Source: a virus
Reading direction: 5' to 3' (one strand)
Virus record (IMG/VR): IMGVR_UViG_3300045988_166053
Length of the DNA: 52,479 nt
Both the position numbers and the translations under genes were made by a program. A model generated the notes under the pieces. The model did not search any database, had not been told where the DNA came from, and saw only the letters and a list, made by a program, of their open reading frames with translations. Shown here piece after piece: positions 1-8,433 of this stretch (positions are counted from its first letter, which is position 1; each line of letters opens with the position of its first letter).

Positions 1-141
1 ATCAGAACGGATATGTCCCGCAAGAGGGCGATAACGATACCCTCGACGTGCTCAACAAACGAATCAAAGACGACATCGCATCCGGCAAGCTGAAGTTTGC
101 AGATGGATATGATCCCGCCGATGTTGACTGGCTGGACATCG
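1..141. repeat. 141-bp segment identical to 52339..52479. It marks a circular assembly overlap, a direct terminal repeat or circular permutation.
   Basis: Exact identity of the first 141 nt with the last 141 nt. The ORF starting at 51945 continues in frame into 1..947. Confidence 0.9.
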
Positions 142-947
142 CCATGGGCGATGCGTACTCGAATCCGTTCGCAAGCTACGGAACGAAGGATTACGATCGC
201 GATGGTATGACGTATACCAACCTGTCTGACGATGCGCAGAAGGCTAGGTCTGATTACCTGTATTCCTTGTACAACGATCCTGATCTTGCCAAGTATCTCG
301 GTGATACTTATCTCGGTGATAGCCGTGCGGCATGGGATCAATACTTCGATTCGACCATGAATGGCGACACCATGGCCGACGTGATCAACAACTTCGGCAC
401 CACCGGCCATCAGTACACCGGAGGAGACGATGCCATGGTGCAGGCTATGGTTGACCGCATCTTCGAGCAGAATGATCAGGGCGAGTCTCTTGCTGATTAC
501 ATCACCATTGACGGCACGCCGCTCTCCCACATGGAGCTCAGCAATGGTGCAGTAGACAACGAGGCCATGGAGGCCGCGATGCTCTACATGCTCGACCAGC
601 AGCTCGATGCTGTGAACTCGGGCGATGTTGATGTCGAGGATCTCGGCTACTCGATCTCCGACCTTAACAAGCTGGCCAGGGCTGAGAACTTGTTGTATAC
701 GCCTGGCACCGAGGAAGGCGCGAATACCAAGGACCATCGAGGTAACCCTGTTGAAGGCGCCGGCTTCGATGACGAATGGATCAAGCGTATCTCTGGTGAG
801 AACGGCAGGTATGGTGCCGGTAGGACCAACAGGGCAATCCCGGTCAAGAACTTTGCCGATGACATGTTCCAGGCCTATGACGGTCTTGGATACCTCGATT
901 ACGATGACGTCTCCGATGAGACCCGTAAGCGTTACGGAAGGGGATAA
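1..947 (+). CDS. 3' part of the junction-spanning gene begun at 51945. Acidic, Asp-rich protein.
   Basis: In-frame continuation; the stop at 945..947 overlaps the next start. Confidence 0.6.
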   Translation, partial: QNGYVPQEGDNDTLDVLNKRIKDDIASGKLKFADGYDPADVDWLDIAMGDAYSNPFASYGTKDYDRDGMTYTNLSDDAQKARSDYLYSLYNDPDLAKYLGDTYLGDSRAAWDQYFDSTMNGDTMADVINNFGTTGHQYTGGDDAMVQAMVDRIFEQNDQGESLADYITIDGTPLSHMELSNGAVDNEAMEAAMLYMLDQQLDAVNSGDVDVEDLGYSISDLNKLARAENLLYTPGTEEGANTKDHRGNPVEGAGFDDEWIKRISGENGRYGAGRTNRAIPVKNFADDMFQAYDGLGYLDYDDVSDETRKRYGRG

Positions 948-950
948 GCG

Positions 951-1553
951 ATGCGCAACGGTTACCGCATAGACGCCCCGAGGCCGAAGCCTAAGCGTCG
1001 CACGCTACAGAAGACATCCACGCGCGGCACGGTCTATGTGGCTGACGGCACAACGGCGAGCCTAGCCATACCGTGTTACTACATGGAGATACACAGGCCG
1101 ATTCCTGCTATGCCACACGACAGGATGCGCCACGATATGCTTGGTTGGCCTACGCCTGACAAGCCTGATTCGTGCTGCCAGGAATGGGACTTCGTCAACT
1201 CTTGCTGCCGACGTACTCCGCATATGGAGTGCTGCCCGCCTCACTGCGAGCACTTCATCGATATGCGCAGGCTGTTCCCGATTCACTTGAAGGACGAGGG
1301 CTACACGAGCTTTGAGGTCGAGATAGTCGATGCTCCGGAGGGCCTTGTGGCAACGGCCAGTCTTGATCCAGATGATGACTGGATTGTCCGTGTCAGCATA
1401 GAGTCGGATATAGGGGCCAAAAGTTTTTCGGACGCAATGATCGCCAGGCGATTTTCGGTGTTTGCGAAGACCGGAACAAACAAGCGTGACCTGGTATTCA
1501 ACGGCACCATAGTCGTCACGCCGACAGCGCACCTGGGAACCAGGAGGGAATAG
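951..1553 (+). CDS. Cys-rich hypothetical protein (CC-x8-CC-x7-CC-x2-HC-xH cluster); putative metal-binding virion or tail-associated protein.
   Basis: 200-aa ORF tightly coupled to its neighbours. Carries three CC doublets plus a His cluster (CCQEWDFVNSCCRRTPHMECCPPHCEH). Confidence 0.5.
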   Translation: MRNGYRIDAPRPKPKRRTLQKTSTRGTVYVADGTTASLAIPCYYMEIHRPIPAMPHDRMRHDMLGWPTPDKPDSCCQEWDFVNSCCRRTPHMECCPPHCEHFIDMRRLFPIHLKDEGYTSFEVEIVDAPEGLVATASLDPDDDWIVRVSIESDIGAKSFSDAMIARRFSVFAKTGTNKRDLVFNGTIVVTPTAHLGTRRE

Positions 1554-1557
1554 AAAC

Positions 1558-2604
1558 ATGCACGACCATCACATCAATCCGGACCGCTGCGCAGACTCCT
1601 GCGATGATCAGCTGCCAATGTTTTCCCGTGTCGGCAGGGGCATCAAGGGTGATTCTTGCAAGGTCGAGATTGCCAACGATTCCAAATGCGAGACTAAGCT
1701 GAAGGGCATGGTCTACGATGAGGCTACCAAGACCTGGTCCTCTGAATGGATCAGCCAGAACATCAACGGCGGATGTCTGAGCTATCAGTACAACCTGCGT
1801 CCCTTCACCATCCCGCAGACCTTCACGATCACCTTCATCTATCGCAGGCCCGGCCGTGACGAGTGGTCCTGGACTACGCCGGCAATCCCGTACATCTGGC
1901 AGACGGATGACGGCGGCAAGCCGACGGACCCCGATCACATGGTTGGCGCCGGTGTTGCTACGCTGTACATCAAGAAGACCACTGAGTCTGATTGGCATGA
2001 GAAGCTCGTGTATCCGGACGGCACTGGCCCGGATGACTTTAACACACCCCCTGCTAACGAGGCGTGGACGGTCAACCTGGCCTTTGGCATCGGTGGCGAT
2101 GTTGAGGTACCGAACATCGATGACTTCGCGAAGGTTCTCGGCATCACTGTCGAGGACATCAAGAAGATCATCAACGGCTCTCCGATTACCATCAACGGCC
2201 AGGTCGCTAAGAACCTCATCGATTACATCGATAAGCAGGATGACAATCATCTAAAGGATGCACTCGACCATCTCCATGCTGACCTGGGTTTCAACCAGAC
2301 TGGCCATGGTGAGAACTCGTTTGGCGGACAGCCTACTGTAAAGGCTTACATCGACGCCAAGAACAAAGACCTAGACAAGAAGATCGACGACAATATCGCC
2401 GATCTGAAGAAGTTCACCATTGCCGGCTTGGAAGCGATCATCGCCAAGATCTACCAGGGCGGTACGCTCAACCATGAGACGGGCGAGATTACCTGGCCCA
2501 ACACCGATAAGATCGCAATCGGCAACATGAACGTCTATGGCGGAGGTTCGGCCAACTGGATCAAGACCGATGCCGACGGTGAGAACGACGTGCAGGTGAA
2601 CTAG
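1558..2604 (+). CDS. Tail fibre/spike protein 1. Its N-terminal module is shared with the 3438..5246 gene.
   Basis: RBS AGGAGGG. N-terminus CDDQLPMFSRVGRG parallels CDDQLPAISTIGRG of the collagen fibre gene. Confidence 0.5.
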   Translation: MHDHHINPDRCADSCDDQLPMFSRVGRGIKGDSCKVEIANDSKCETKLKGMVYDEATKTWSSEWISQNINGGCLSYQYNLRPFTIPQTFTITFIYRRPGRDEWSWTTPAIPYIWQTDDGGKPTDPDHMVGAGVATLYIKKTTESDWHEKLVYPDGTGPDDFNTPPANEAWTVNLAFGIGGDVEVPNIDDFAKVLGITVEDIKKIINGSPITINGQVAKNLIDYIDKQDDNHLKDALDHLHADLGFNQTGHGENSFGGQPTVKAYIDAKNKDLDKKIDDNIADLKKFTIAGLEAIIAKIYQGGTLNHETGEITWPNTDKIAIGNMNVYGGGSANWIKTDADGENDVQVN

Positions 2605-2605
2605 C

Positions 2606-3427
2606 ATGGCGAAGTTAGTTGGATTCAAGAAAGTAAGGATCGACCAGGCGGGCGAGGATGAAGCGCATAACAGCGGTGCGGTTACCTGCTTCGCCCTGCC
2701 TGGCACCGCCGGCATCAGGCCGTCGATGTCGTCTGTTCATATGGACGTATTTGTCGCTGTGTATGACGACTATTCGGTATATGTCGGATTTAACGGTGAG
2801 ATTTCTGACCCCGTTATCGCTGCTATGTATGAGTCCGTCATGATCGTCAGCTCGTCCAACTTTTACTTTGCATGGCAAAACAGCAAAGTTGTAGCAGTCG
2901 GTAACAACACGAAAGGCGAGTTCCGCGAGAACGTCTCTGCGACCAACGGCTCTGCATCTAACGCACCGAGTTGGGCAGCCGGAAGGCCTGCTTGGTCGGC
3001 ATCCGGAACTCCTGGCTGGTATCGCTGGTTCTTCAGCTGCGGTGATCCTGGCCAAAGCTCTCCGGGGAACGGATACATCTACGTCGGCAAGATGCAGGAG
3101 TTTGGCGCAAGTGCGCAGGGACGCGACGGTACTCTGTATATCGGCGGTACCGGCGACTACGTAATGGCCAACCCGATTTATCCTTCGCCTCTGCCTATCA
3201 CGATCCCCGGCTTCATGGAGTTCCTCGACTACTTCCCGTTTGCTATCAGGAAGTCTGGAACCATGCAGTCCTGTAACCGTGACGGCGGCAGCGTGAAGAT
3301 CCGCAAATCTGGCTCTTGGCGCGACGTGAAAAACGTAGCCGTCGGTGACAGCTCAAAGAACAAGGCATTTGTGCGAAAATCCGATCAGTGGAAAGTTGCG
3401 CCAAAGATAGGCGCGAACGCCAAGTAA
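2606..3427 (+). CDS. Hypothetical tail-associated protein (Gly/Ser/Trp-rich).
   Basis: 273-aa ORF coupled to its neighbours and located between the two fibre genes. Confidence 0.4.
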   Translation: MAKLVGFKKVRIDQAGEDEAHNSGAVTCFALPGTAGIRPSMSSVHMDVFVAVYDDYSVYVGFNGEISDPVIAAMYESVMIVSSSNFYFAWQNSKVVAVGNNTKGEFRENVSATNGSASNAPSWAAGRPAWSASGTPGWYRWFFSCGDPGQSSPGNGYIYVGKMQEFGASAQGRDGTLYIGGTGDYVMANPIYPSPLPITIPGFMEFLDYFPFAIRKSGTMQSCNRDGGSVKIRKSGSWRDVKNVAVGDSSKNKAFVRKSDQWKVAPKIGANAK

Positions 3428-3437
3428 GGAGCGAGAC

Positions 3438-5246
3438 ATGATCCCACATGACCACACGGGTTGCATGGGCATCCCGGACCTCGTTAGCCACGGCAACTCC
3501 AGGCCGTATATAGAGCCGGACTTCACGGCAACAGAATGCGATGACCAGCTCCCGGCCATCTCGACGATCGGCCGAGGCCCGCGTGGTCGCGGTGTCATGA
3601 TTGCAGGCGTCGAGGTAGACGAGGATACCTTCAAGTTCTCCATCGTGGAGGACGAGAACGGCGAGACCGTCTACCAGACGCCTAACCTCTCGGCCGGCGT
3701 AATCAAGGTCTCCGCTAAGCCGGAGCGCCCTGTCGCCGGCGAGACTGTCGTCATGGACTTCACGGTCACCAGGGACGGTAAGTCCACGGTGACCCATATC
3801 CCGATCCCTGCCGGATCTACCGGCTCCAGGATCTTCATGTGTTCTATTGATCTCGGTAAGCCGATGGGCGAGGGTTATGCCTATCAGACGGACATCTCTA
3901 CGCTTATGCACTATGGGCGCAACAATTCCCAATGGAAGTCCATGCCGATCCCGCGCGTGAATGACGTCGTGATCTTCACGCTCAATGGCCGTCTGGCTTT
4001 CGGCACTATCGAAGCAGTCGAAGGCGGCAAGGTATTCTTCACGAGCCAGGTTGACTTCGATGTACTGCAATCCCTGGAGATCGATGACTCTGGTAACTGG
4101 GTAATCGGCGGTGTGCCGACGGGCAAGCCTGCCCGCGGCCCCAAGGGCGACAAGGGCGATCCTGGTGAGGATGGCCGTGATGGTGCTCCCGGTCCTCAGG
4201 GCAAAGACGGTCTGCGAGGACCGCAGGGTCCGCAGGGTGTTACTGGTGCTCCCGGTGAAGACGGCAAGCCTGCCATCATGGAGATCGGCAAGGTCGAGGA
4301 GACCAAGACCCCGACTGTCAAGATCACTCGCACCGATGCTATCGGCAACAAGTTTACCGTGGACTTCGGTCTACCCAGGGGCGCTGACGGTAAGTCCGTA
4401 GACATCCAGGGCGGTATCTATACCACCGACCAGCTGCCTGCGTTCGACGATACCCCGGTCAACCGAGCCTTCATCGTGAAGGACGACGACAATCAGTTCG
4501 ACTTGTACATCAGGGGATTCGAGCCGGTCATCGCTGAGGATGGCGGCCCGTGGACTGTGGTAGAGGATTGGCAGGGAGTCCAGGGCTTCTCTGTGCGCTA
4601 CCTTGTTTCGCTTACTATACCGTCTGAAGGTGTACTGAGGATCCCGGCTAACACGGCTACCACAGCCTTCCAGGATCCCCGTTTCATCATTGACGGAGAT
4701 CTAGCTATCGATAGAGCTGGCACGGTCGGTATCATCGGTTCGTCCGTCGACGACTCCGGCGACTATACGGTTACGAAGATCGGTATGCTCAGCGTTGGCT
4801 GGGATAACGTGCTGAATAAGCCGGCTAACATGATGTTGCATAATCGATCGACATCTGAGATTACCCATCTGGACGGTACTAAGATCGCAGGCATCTCTAT
4901 GTCATGGCTTTACGCCTCACAAGTCACTACGAGAGATCTGAACTTCAAAAACAACGACGGATCTCTTATCGGCTATATGGTCCAGACAGCCAATGTTGCT
5001 AATAAGATTCTCCCTGTCGTCGTAAAAGATAATGCTGTAATCGGCGTGCTCGATCTACCGATTGACACGACGCCCGGTCTGGTTGCGCCTGATAATCAGA
5101 CAATCGCTCTCACTGGCACGACAATAGGCGTCAAGCCTGGCTCGATCAGCAGGTCGCATCTGGATACAAATCTCACGGAAAAGATTGATAAAATAGAGGT
5201 TGCAACCGTAGAGGAGACAAAGGAATATCTCGGAATAGGAGCATGA
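3438..5246 (+). CDS. Tail fibre protein with a collagen-like (Gly-X-Y) segment and a shared N-terminal anchor module.
   Basis: [54 protein letters not shown] triplet repeats. The N-terminal motif is shared with 1558..2604. Confidence 0.7.
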   Translation: MIPHDHTGCMGIPDLVSHGNSRPYIEPDFTATECDDQLPAISTIGRGPRGRGVMIAGVEVDEDTFKFSIVEDENGETVYQTPNLSAGVIKVSAKPERPVAGETVVMDFTVTRDGKSTVTHIPIPAGSTGSRIFMCSIDLGKPMGEGYAYQTDISTLMHYGRNNSQWKSMPIPRVNDVVIFTLNGRLAFGTIEAVEGGKVFFTSQVDFDVLQSLEIDDSGNWVIGGVPTGKPARGPKGDKGDPGEDGRDGAPGPQGKDGLRGPQGPQGVTGAPGEDGKPAIMEIGKVEETKTPTVKITRTDAIGNKFTVDFGLPRGADGKSVDIQGGIYTTDQLPAFDDTPVNRAFIVKDDDNQFDLYIRGFEPVIAEDGGPWTVVEDWQGVQGFSVRYLVSLTIPSEGVLRIPANTATTAFQDPRFIIDGDLAIDRAGTVGIIGSSVDDSGDYTVTKIGMLSVGWDNVLNKPANMMLHNRSTSEITHLDGTKIAGISMSWLYASQVTTRDLNFKNNDGSLIGYMVQTANVANKILPVVVKDNAVIGVLDLPIDTTPGLVAPDNQTIALTGTTIGVKPGSISRSHLDTNLTEKIDKIEVATVEETKEYLGIGA

Positions 5247-5533
5247 GTATGGCTAAAGTTGAAGACAAGCTAGCCGATCTGAAGGACTTGAAAGCCCTTT
5301 CAGACGACACGGCTACCAAGCTCGGCGGCAAGCTGGCCGTTCCGCTGAACGAAGGCACAGCTGGTCAAGTGTTGACCGCTAATGGTGACGGGACTTCAGA
5401 GTGGAAAACTCCTCAGGTAACATCCGAAACGGTAGGAGCTGACATCCGCAGGATTGTCAATGAGCAGCTCGCTAAGACGAAGTACACCATCAACGATCAG
5501 GGTCACCTGATCATCGAGACTCCGGAGGCTTAA
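5243..5533 (+). CDS. Small fibre-associated protein (96 aa).
   Basis: Overlaps the fibre gene stop. Contains [17 protein letters not shown], a motif reminiscent of fibre N-termini. Confidence 0.4.
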   Translation: MSMAKVEDKLADLKDLKALSDDTATKLGGKLAVPLNEGTAGQVLTANGDGTSEWKTPQVTSETVGADIRRIVNEQLAKTKYTINDQGHLIIETPEA

Positions 5534-5535
5534 AT

Positions 5536-6270
5536 ATGGCTATCATCGATGCAGGTTTGGTACGCGGTCCCCAGGGTCCGGCTGGCCCCACAGGCCCTGC
5601 TGGAGCCGCGGGTGCTAAGGGTGACCCTGGTAAGCAGGGTCCGCAGGGTCTCACTGGTCCTGTCGGTCCGGCAGGCCCGAAGGGTGACAAGGGTGACCCT
5701 GGTCTAACAGGCGAGCGTGGTCCCGAAGGCCCGCAGGGCAAGACTGGTCTGCAAGGCGAAGTCGGCCCCGTCGGTCCTCAGGGCCCTATTGGCCCGGCTG
5801 GCCCCAAGGGTCCTCAGGGCGAAAAGGGTGACCCCGGTCTCACCGGTCCCAAGGGTCCCCAGGGCGACAAGGGTGATACCGGTCTTACTGGCCCCAAGGG
5901 TCCTCAGGGCGAAAAGGGTGACCCCGGTCTCACCGGTCCCAAGGGTCCCCAGGGCGACAAGGGTGATACCGGTCTTACTGGCCCCAAGGGTCCTCAGGGC
6001 GAAAAGGGCGATACTGGTCTCACGGGTCCCGTCGGTCCTCAGGGCAAAAAGGGCGACACCGGCCTCACTGGTCCTCAGGGTCCCCGTGGCGAGGCTGGCC
6101 CTCAGGGTCCGCAGGGTCTCACCGGTCCCCAGGGCCCGGCCGGTCCTGCAAACGGAAACGTCGACGTTGTTCGCAAGACGGCCCATCAAACCGATTACAC
6201 GAAGGACACCTTGGAGTTCGTGACCGATTCGGCCGGCAAGGTGACCAACGCATACTTCATGAGTAAGTAG
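5536..6270 (+). CDS. Collagen-like repeat protein (about 190 aa of uninterrupted Gly-X-Y), a fibre shaft or decoration protein.
   Basis: [30 protein letters not shown]... runs through to a non-collagen C-terminal domain. Confidence 0.8.
   Translation: MAIIDAGLVRGPQGPAGPTGPAGAAGAKGDPGKQGPQGLTGPVGPAGPKGDKGDPGLTGERGPEGPQGKTGLQGEVGPVGPQGPIGPAGPKGPQGEKGDPGLTGPKGPQGDKGDTGLTGPKGPQGEKGDPGLTGPKGPQGDKGDTGLTGPKGPQGEKGDTGLTGPVGPQGKKGDTGLTGPQGPRGEAGPQGPQGLTGPQGPAGPANGNVDVVRKTAHQTDYTKDTLEFVTDSAGKVTNAYFMSK
5801..5980. repeat. Two exact 90-bp tandem copies (with a third, degenerate copy following) encoding 30-aa collagen units.
   Basis: 5801..5890 is identical to 5891..5980. The third unit diverges after about 28 nt. 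Confidence 0.9.
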
Positions 6271-6279
6271 GTGATATAA

Positions 6280-7158
6280 ATGGCGGGAGCTCCGCGTATC
6301 GGAATCGGAAACACCGAAGTCTTAAACGGTGCTGCCGCCACACCTCAAGGCAATCAACCCGTATCGGGCGGATGGCCTAGCGGTGGCGGTGGCTACGGCG
6401 GAGGTGGTGGCGGTGGCGGTGGTTCCACCGGCCCATCTGATGAGCAGAAGCGAGCCGGCGAAAACCTCGCCGGCATCACCGGTTACAACTACAAGACCAC
6501 GCTCGGAAACTACGAGGACACTATGTCCCTGCTGGATACTAGCGACCAGCAGAACAAGTTCCTCCGTGACACGCAGGTCACACAGGCCAAGAGGAAAGCT
6601 GGAAGCGAATGGTTCTCGCAGCACAAGAAGCTACAAGATACCGCCAGCCAGGCCAAAGATGCAGCCGGTGGTGCTATGCGCGGAAGCTTCCTCTATGACT
6701 ATTTCGACCTGCTCGCTGACCAAGATGACACGATCGACGAGGCTACCCTTCGCAACTTGCGTGAAAATATCAACTCGGTTGATAACAGCTACTTCGAGGC
6801 ACTTGCTCAGAATAACAACTCGCGCAACGAAGCAGCTATGAATGCCGAGCAGGGCTTCAGGGAGCTTGCAGCTGACTACATAGCTCAGCTCAACAACATT
6901 CATCCTGACCTCGCGAAGGACATGATCGACGGTGCCAACCACACCCTGAAGCCTCCGTCATGGCTTAACACTGACTTCTTCGATGCTCACAAGAAGGGGC
7001 CTGTGAAGCCCGATGACTTCTCGTTCATCAGGCCCGACATGGCCAACAAGAAAGCCAGTGGCCTGAATACCGGTGGCAGCAACACCTCACAGTCTGCCTC
7101 CGGTGACTATTGGCAGCGAATGGCTTCTGGTTATGATCAGCGAAAACGTCAGGCATAG
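6280..7158 (+). CDS. Hypothetical structural protein with a poly-Gly tract (GGGGYGGGGGGGGGS).
   Basis: 292-aa ORF with an RBS, located in the structural operon. Confidence 0.4.
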   Translation: MAGAPRIGIGNTEVLNGAAATPQGNQPVSGGWPSGGGGYGGGGGGGGGSTGPSDEQKRAGENLAGITGYNYKTTLGNYEDTMSLLDTSDQQNKFLRDTQVTQAKRKAGSEWFSQHKKLQDTASQAKDAAGGAMRGSFLYDYFDLLADQDDTIDEATLRNLRENINSVDNSYFEALAQNNNSRNEAAMNAEQGFRELAADYIAQLNNIHPDLAKDMIDGANHTLKPPSWLNTDFFDAHKKGPVKPDDFSFIRPDMANKKASGLNTGGSNTSQSASGDYWQRMASGYDQRKRQA

Positions 7159-7170
7159 GGGGTGATTTAT

Positions 7171-7212
7171 ATGGCGAAGTGCGGTAAGAAGGGCAAGAAG
7201 GGCGGTAAGTAA
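7171..7212 (+). CDS. Possible micro-ORF, MAKCGKKGKKGGK (13 aa, poly-Lys/Gly).
   Basis: ATG sits 7 nt downstream of AGGGGGTGA. Too short to call with confidence. Confidence 0.2.
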   Translation: MAKCGKKGKKGGK

Positions 7213-7232
7213 ACCGACCCACTGGTTGCACA

Positions 7233-7278
7233 GGTGCTTATCGGTCGATGTACAATCGGCTGGTAGGCACCTTTTTTC
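7233..7278 (+). terminator. Rho-independent terminator. An 8-bp GC stem with a long loop is followed by TTTTTT.
   Basis: ggtgctta...taggcacc followed by a T6 run, immediately upstream of a strong RBS. Confidence 0.5.
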
Positions 7279-7292
7279 TAAGGAGGAGACAA

Positions 7293-7538
7293 ATGTCTTT
7301 CATGGATGCCATGGCGAACGTTATGGGCGATACGGCCCCGATGCTCGGCAAGAAGAAGAAAAAGAACTTCCCGATGCCCGGTGGCGAACCGATGCCGGCA
7401 GGCAAGCCGAAGCCCAAGGGCAAGGGTAAGCCGAAGCCTAAGGGCAAGGGTAAAGGTAAACCGATGCCTAAGGGCAAAGGTAAGGTCAAGCTGATGCCCA
7501 AGGGCAAGAAGCCGTTCCCACCTAAGAACAGCAAGTAA
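7293..7538 (+). CDS. Small, very basic Lys/Pro/Gly-repeat protein (KPKGKG repeats); candidate DNA-binding or DNA-condensing virion protein.
   Basis: RBS AAGGAGGAG lies 6 nt upstream of ATG 7293. About one third of the protein is Lys. The underlying nucleotide repeats are aagggcaagggtaa-like. Confidence 0.55.
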   Translation: MSFMDAMANVMGDTAPMLGKKKKKNFPMPGGEPMPAGKPKPKGKGKPKPKGKGKGKPMPKGKGKVKLMPKGKKPFPPKNSK

Positions 7539-7547
7539 TAGGGCGTC

Positions 7548-7595
7548 GGGGACGAGACGATCGTCATGCGGTTGCGCAACCTTTGTCTCGTCCCC
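7548..7595 (+). promoter_or_regulatory. Long hairpin with an 11-bp perfect stem (ggggacgagac / gtctcgtcccc) and no T-tract; possible attenuator or RNA processing site.
   Basis: Perfect inverted repeat lying between the basic-protein gene and the next RBS. Confidence 0.3.
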
Positions 7596-7602
7596 ATAGA
7601 AG

Positions 7603-8430
7603 ATGAGGAGGATGACCATGAGGTCGATGACACTCGATGAGTTCGTCCAACAGGTGTACTACGCACAGGAAAAGGTCCTGCTCGATTTCGAGTTCACCGA
7701 CGACAAATATCGCGAAGTGATCATGGAGCTTCGTCTGGTTCTCCAGGAGCTCCAGAAAGAGGAAGACTGGCTCTGGCTCAGGGAGCGCCTGGTCCTCGGC
7801 ACCTGCGACGATTTCGGCAAGCCTGGCACTATACCGGAGTTCCGCTTGCCTGACTGGGTATACAAGCCCTCCGGCTTGCACGATGACGGCATTCGTATGT
7901 GCAGGCCTGATAGGTGCGGCAACCCGACGAACGACTTCTATACAGTTCCGTTCTCGTCGATGGGCGAGATGAACGGCGGCAGGCGAAGGTGGTATGGCGA
8001 GCACGGCCAGGTCAACTATGATGACAACAGGTTGAGTGCTGCTGTGATCGGTAGGATCGTCACGTTCAACAGGGTACTGTCTCCGAATGAACGCCACAGG
8101 ATTGCCGTGATGGACGTGCAGCGTGAGATCGAGATGCCTGATATCCCGCCGCGTGCCGACGAGTTTGAAAAGATGGACGCGGATAAACAGGCTGAGATCT
8201 CCGAGCAATACAAGCTCGACAAGTGGTTCGACGAGATTCCTGATCCGAACTATCTCGTCATGCGAGTCGCTGCCCTGCATTGCGTCGGTAGCCCTGTTGC
8301 CCAAATGCGTATGCAGGATCTCACCGACAATGCTCAGAAGCTGCTGTCCGCAATGCGCGAAGCAAACTCCATGGCCACTCAGCCGGACCATGTTGGATGG
8401 GATATCCCTGGTTGGTACGAGGTGGTGTAA
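7603..8430 (+). CDS. Hypothetical protein, possibly a tail adaptor (by position only).
   Basis: 275-aa ORF with RBS GAGGAGGA. The true start may be at 7612 or 7618. Confidence 0.35.
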   Translation: MRRMTMRSMTLDEFVQQVYYAQEKVLLDFEFTDDKYREVIMELRLVLQELQKEEDWLWLRERLVLGTCDDFGKPGTIPEFRLPDWVYKPSGLHDDGIRMCRPDRCGNPTNDFYTVPFSSMGEMNGGRRRWYGEHGQVNYDDNRLSAAVIGRIVTFNRVLSPNERHRIAVMDVQREIEMPDIPPRADEFEKMDADKQAEISEQYKLDKWFDEIPDPNYLVMRVAALHCVGSPVAQMRMQDLTDNAQKLLSAMREANSMATQPDHVGWDIPGWYEVV

Positions 8431-8433
8431 CCC

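Noticed and set aside
5536-6270. A regular repeat array that might be mistaken for CRISPR.
   Set aside because: The repeats are in-frame Gly-X-Y codons with 90-bp tandem units and no spacer structure. There are no cas genes anywhere in the window.
7233-7262. TTGCAC...TGTACAAT as an extended -10 promoter for the basic-protein gene.
   Set aside because: The spacing is about 19 nt and the elements lie inside the terminator hairpin, so the call is ambiguous and not made.
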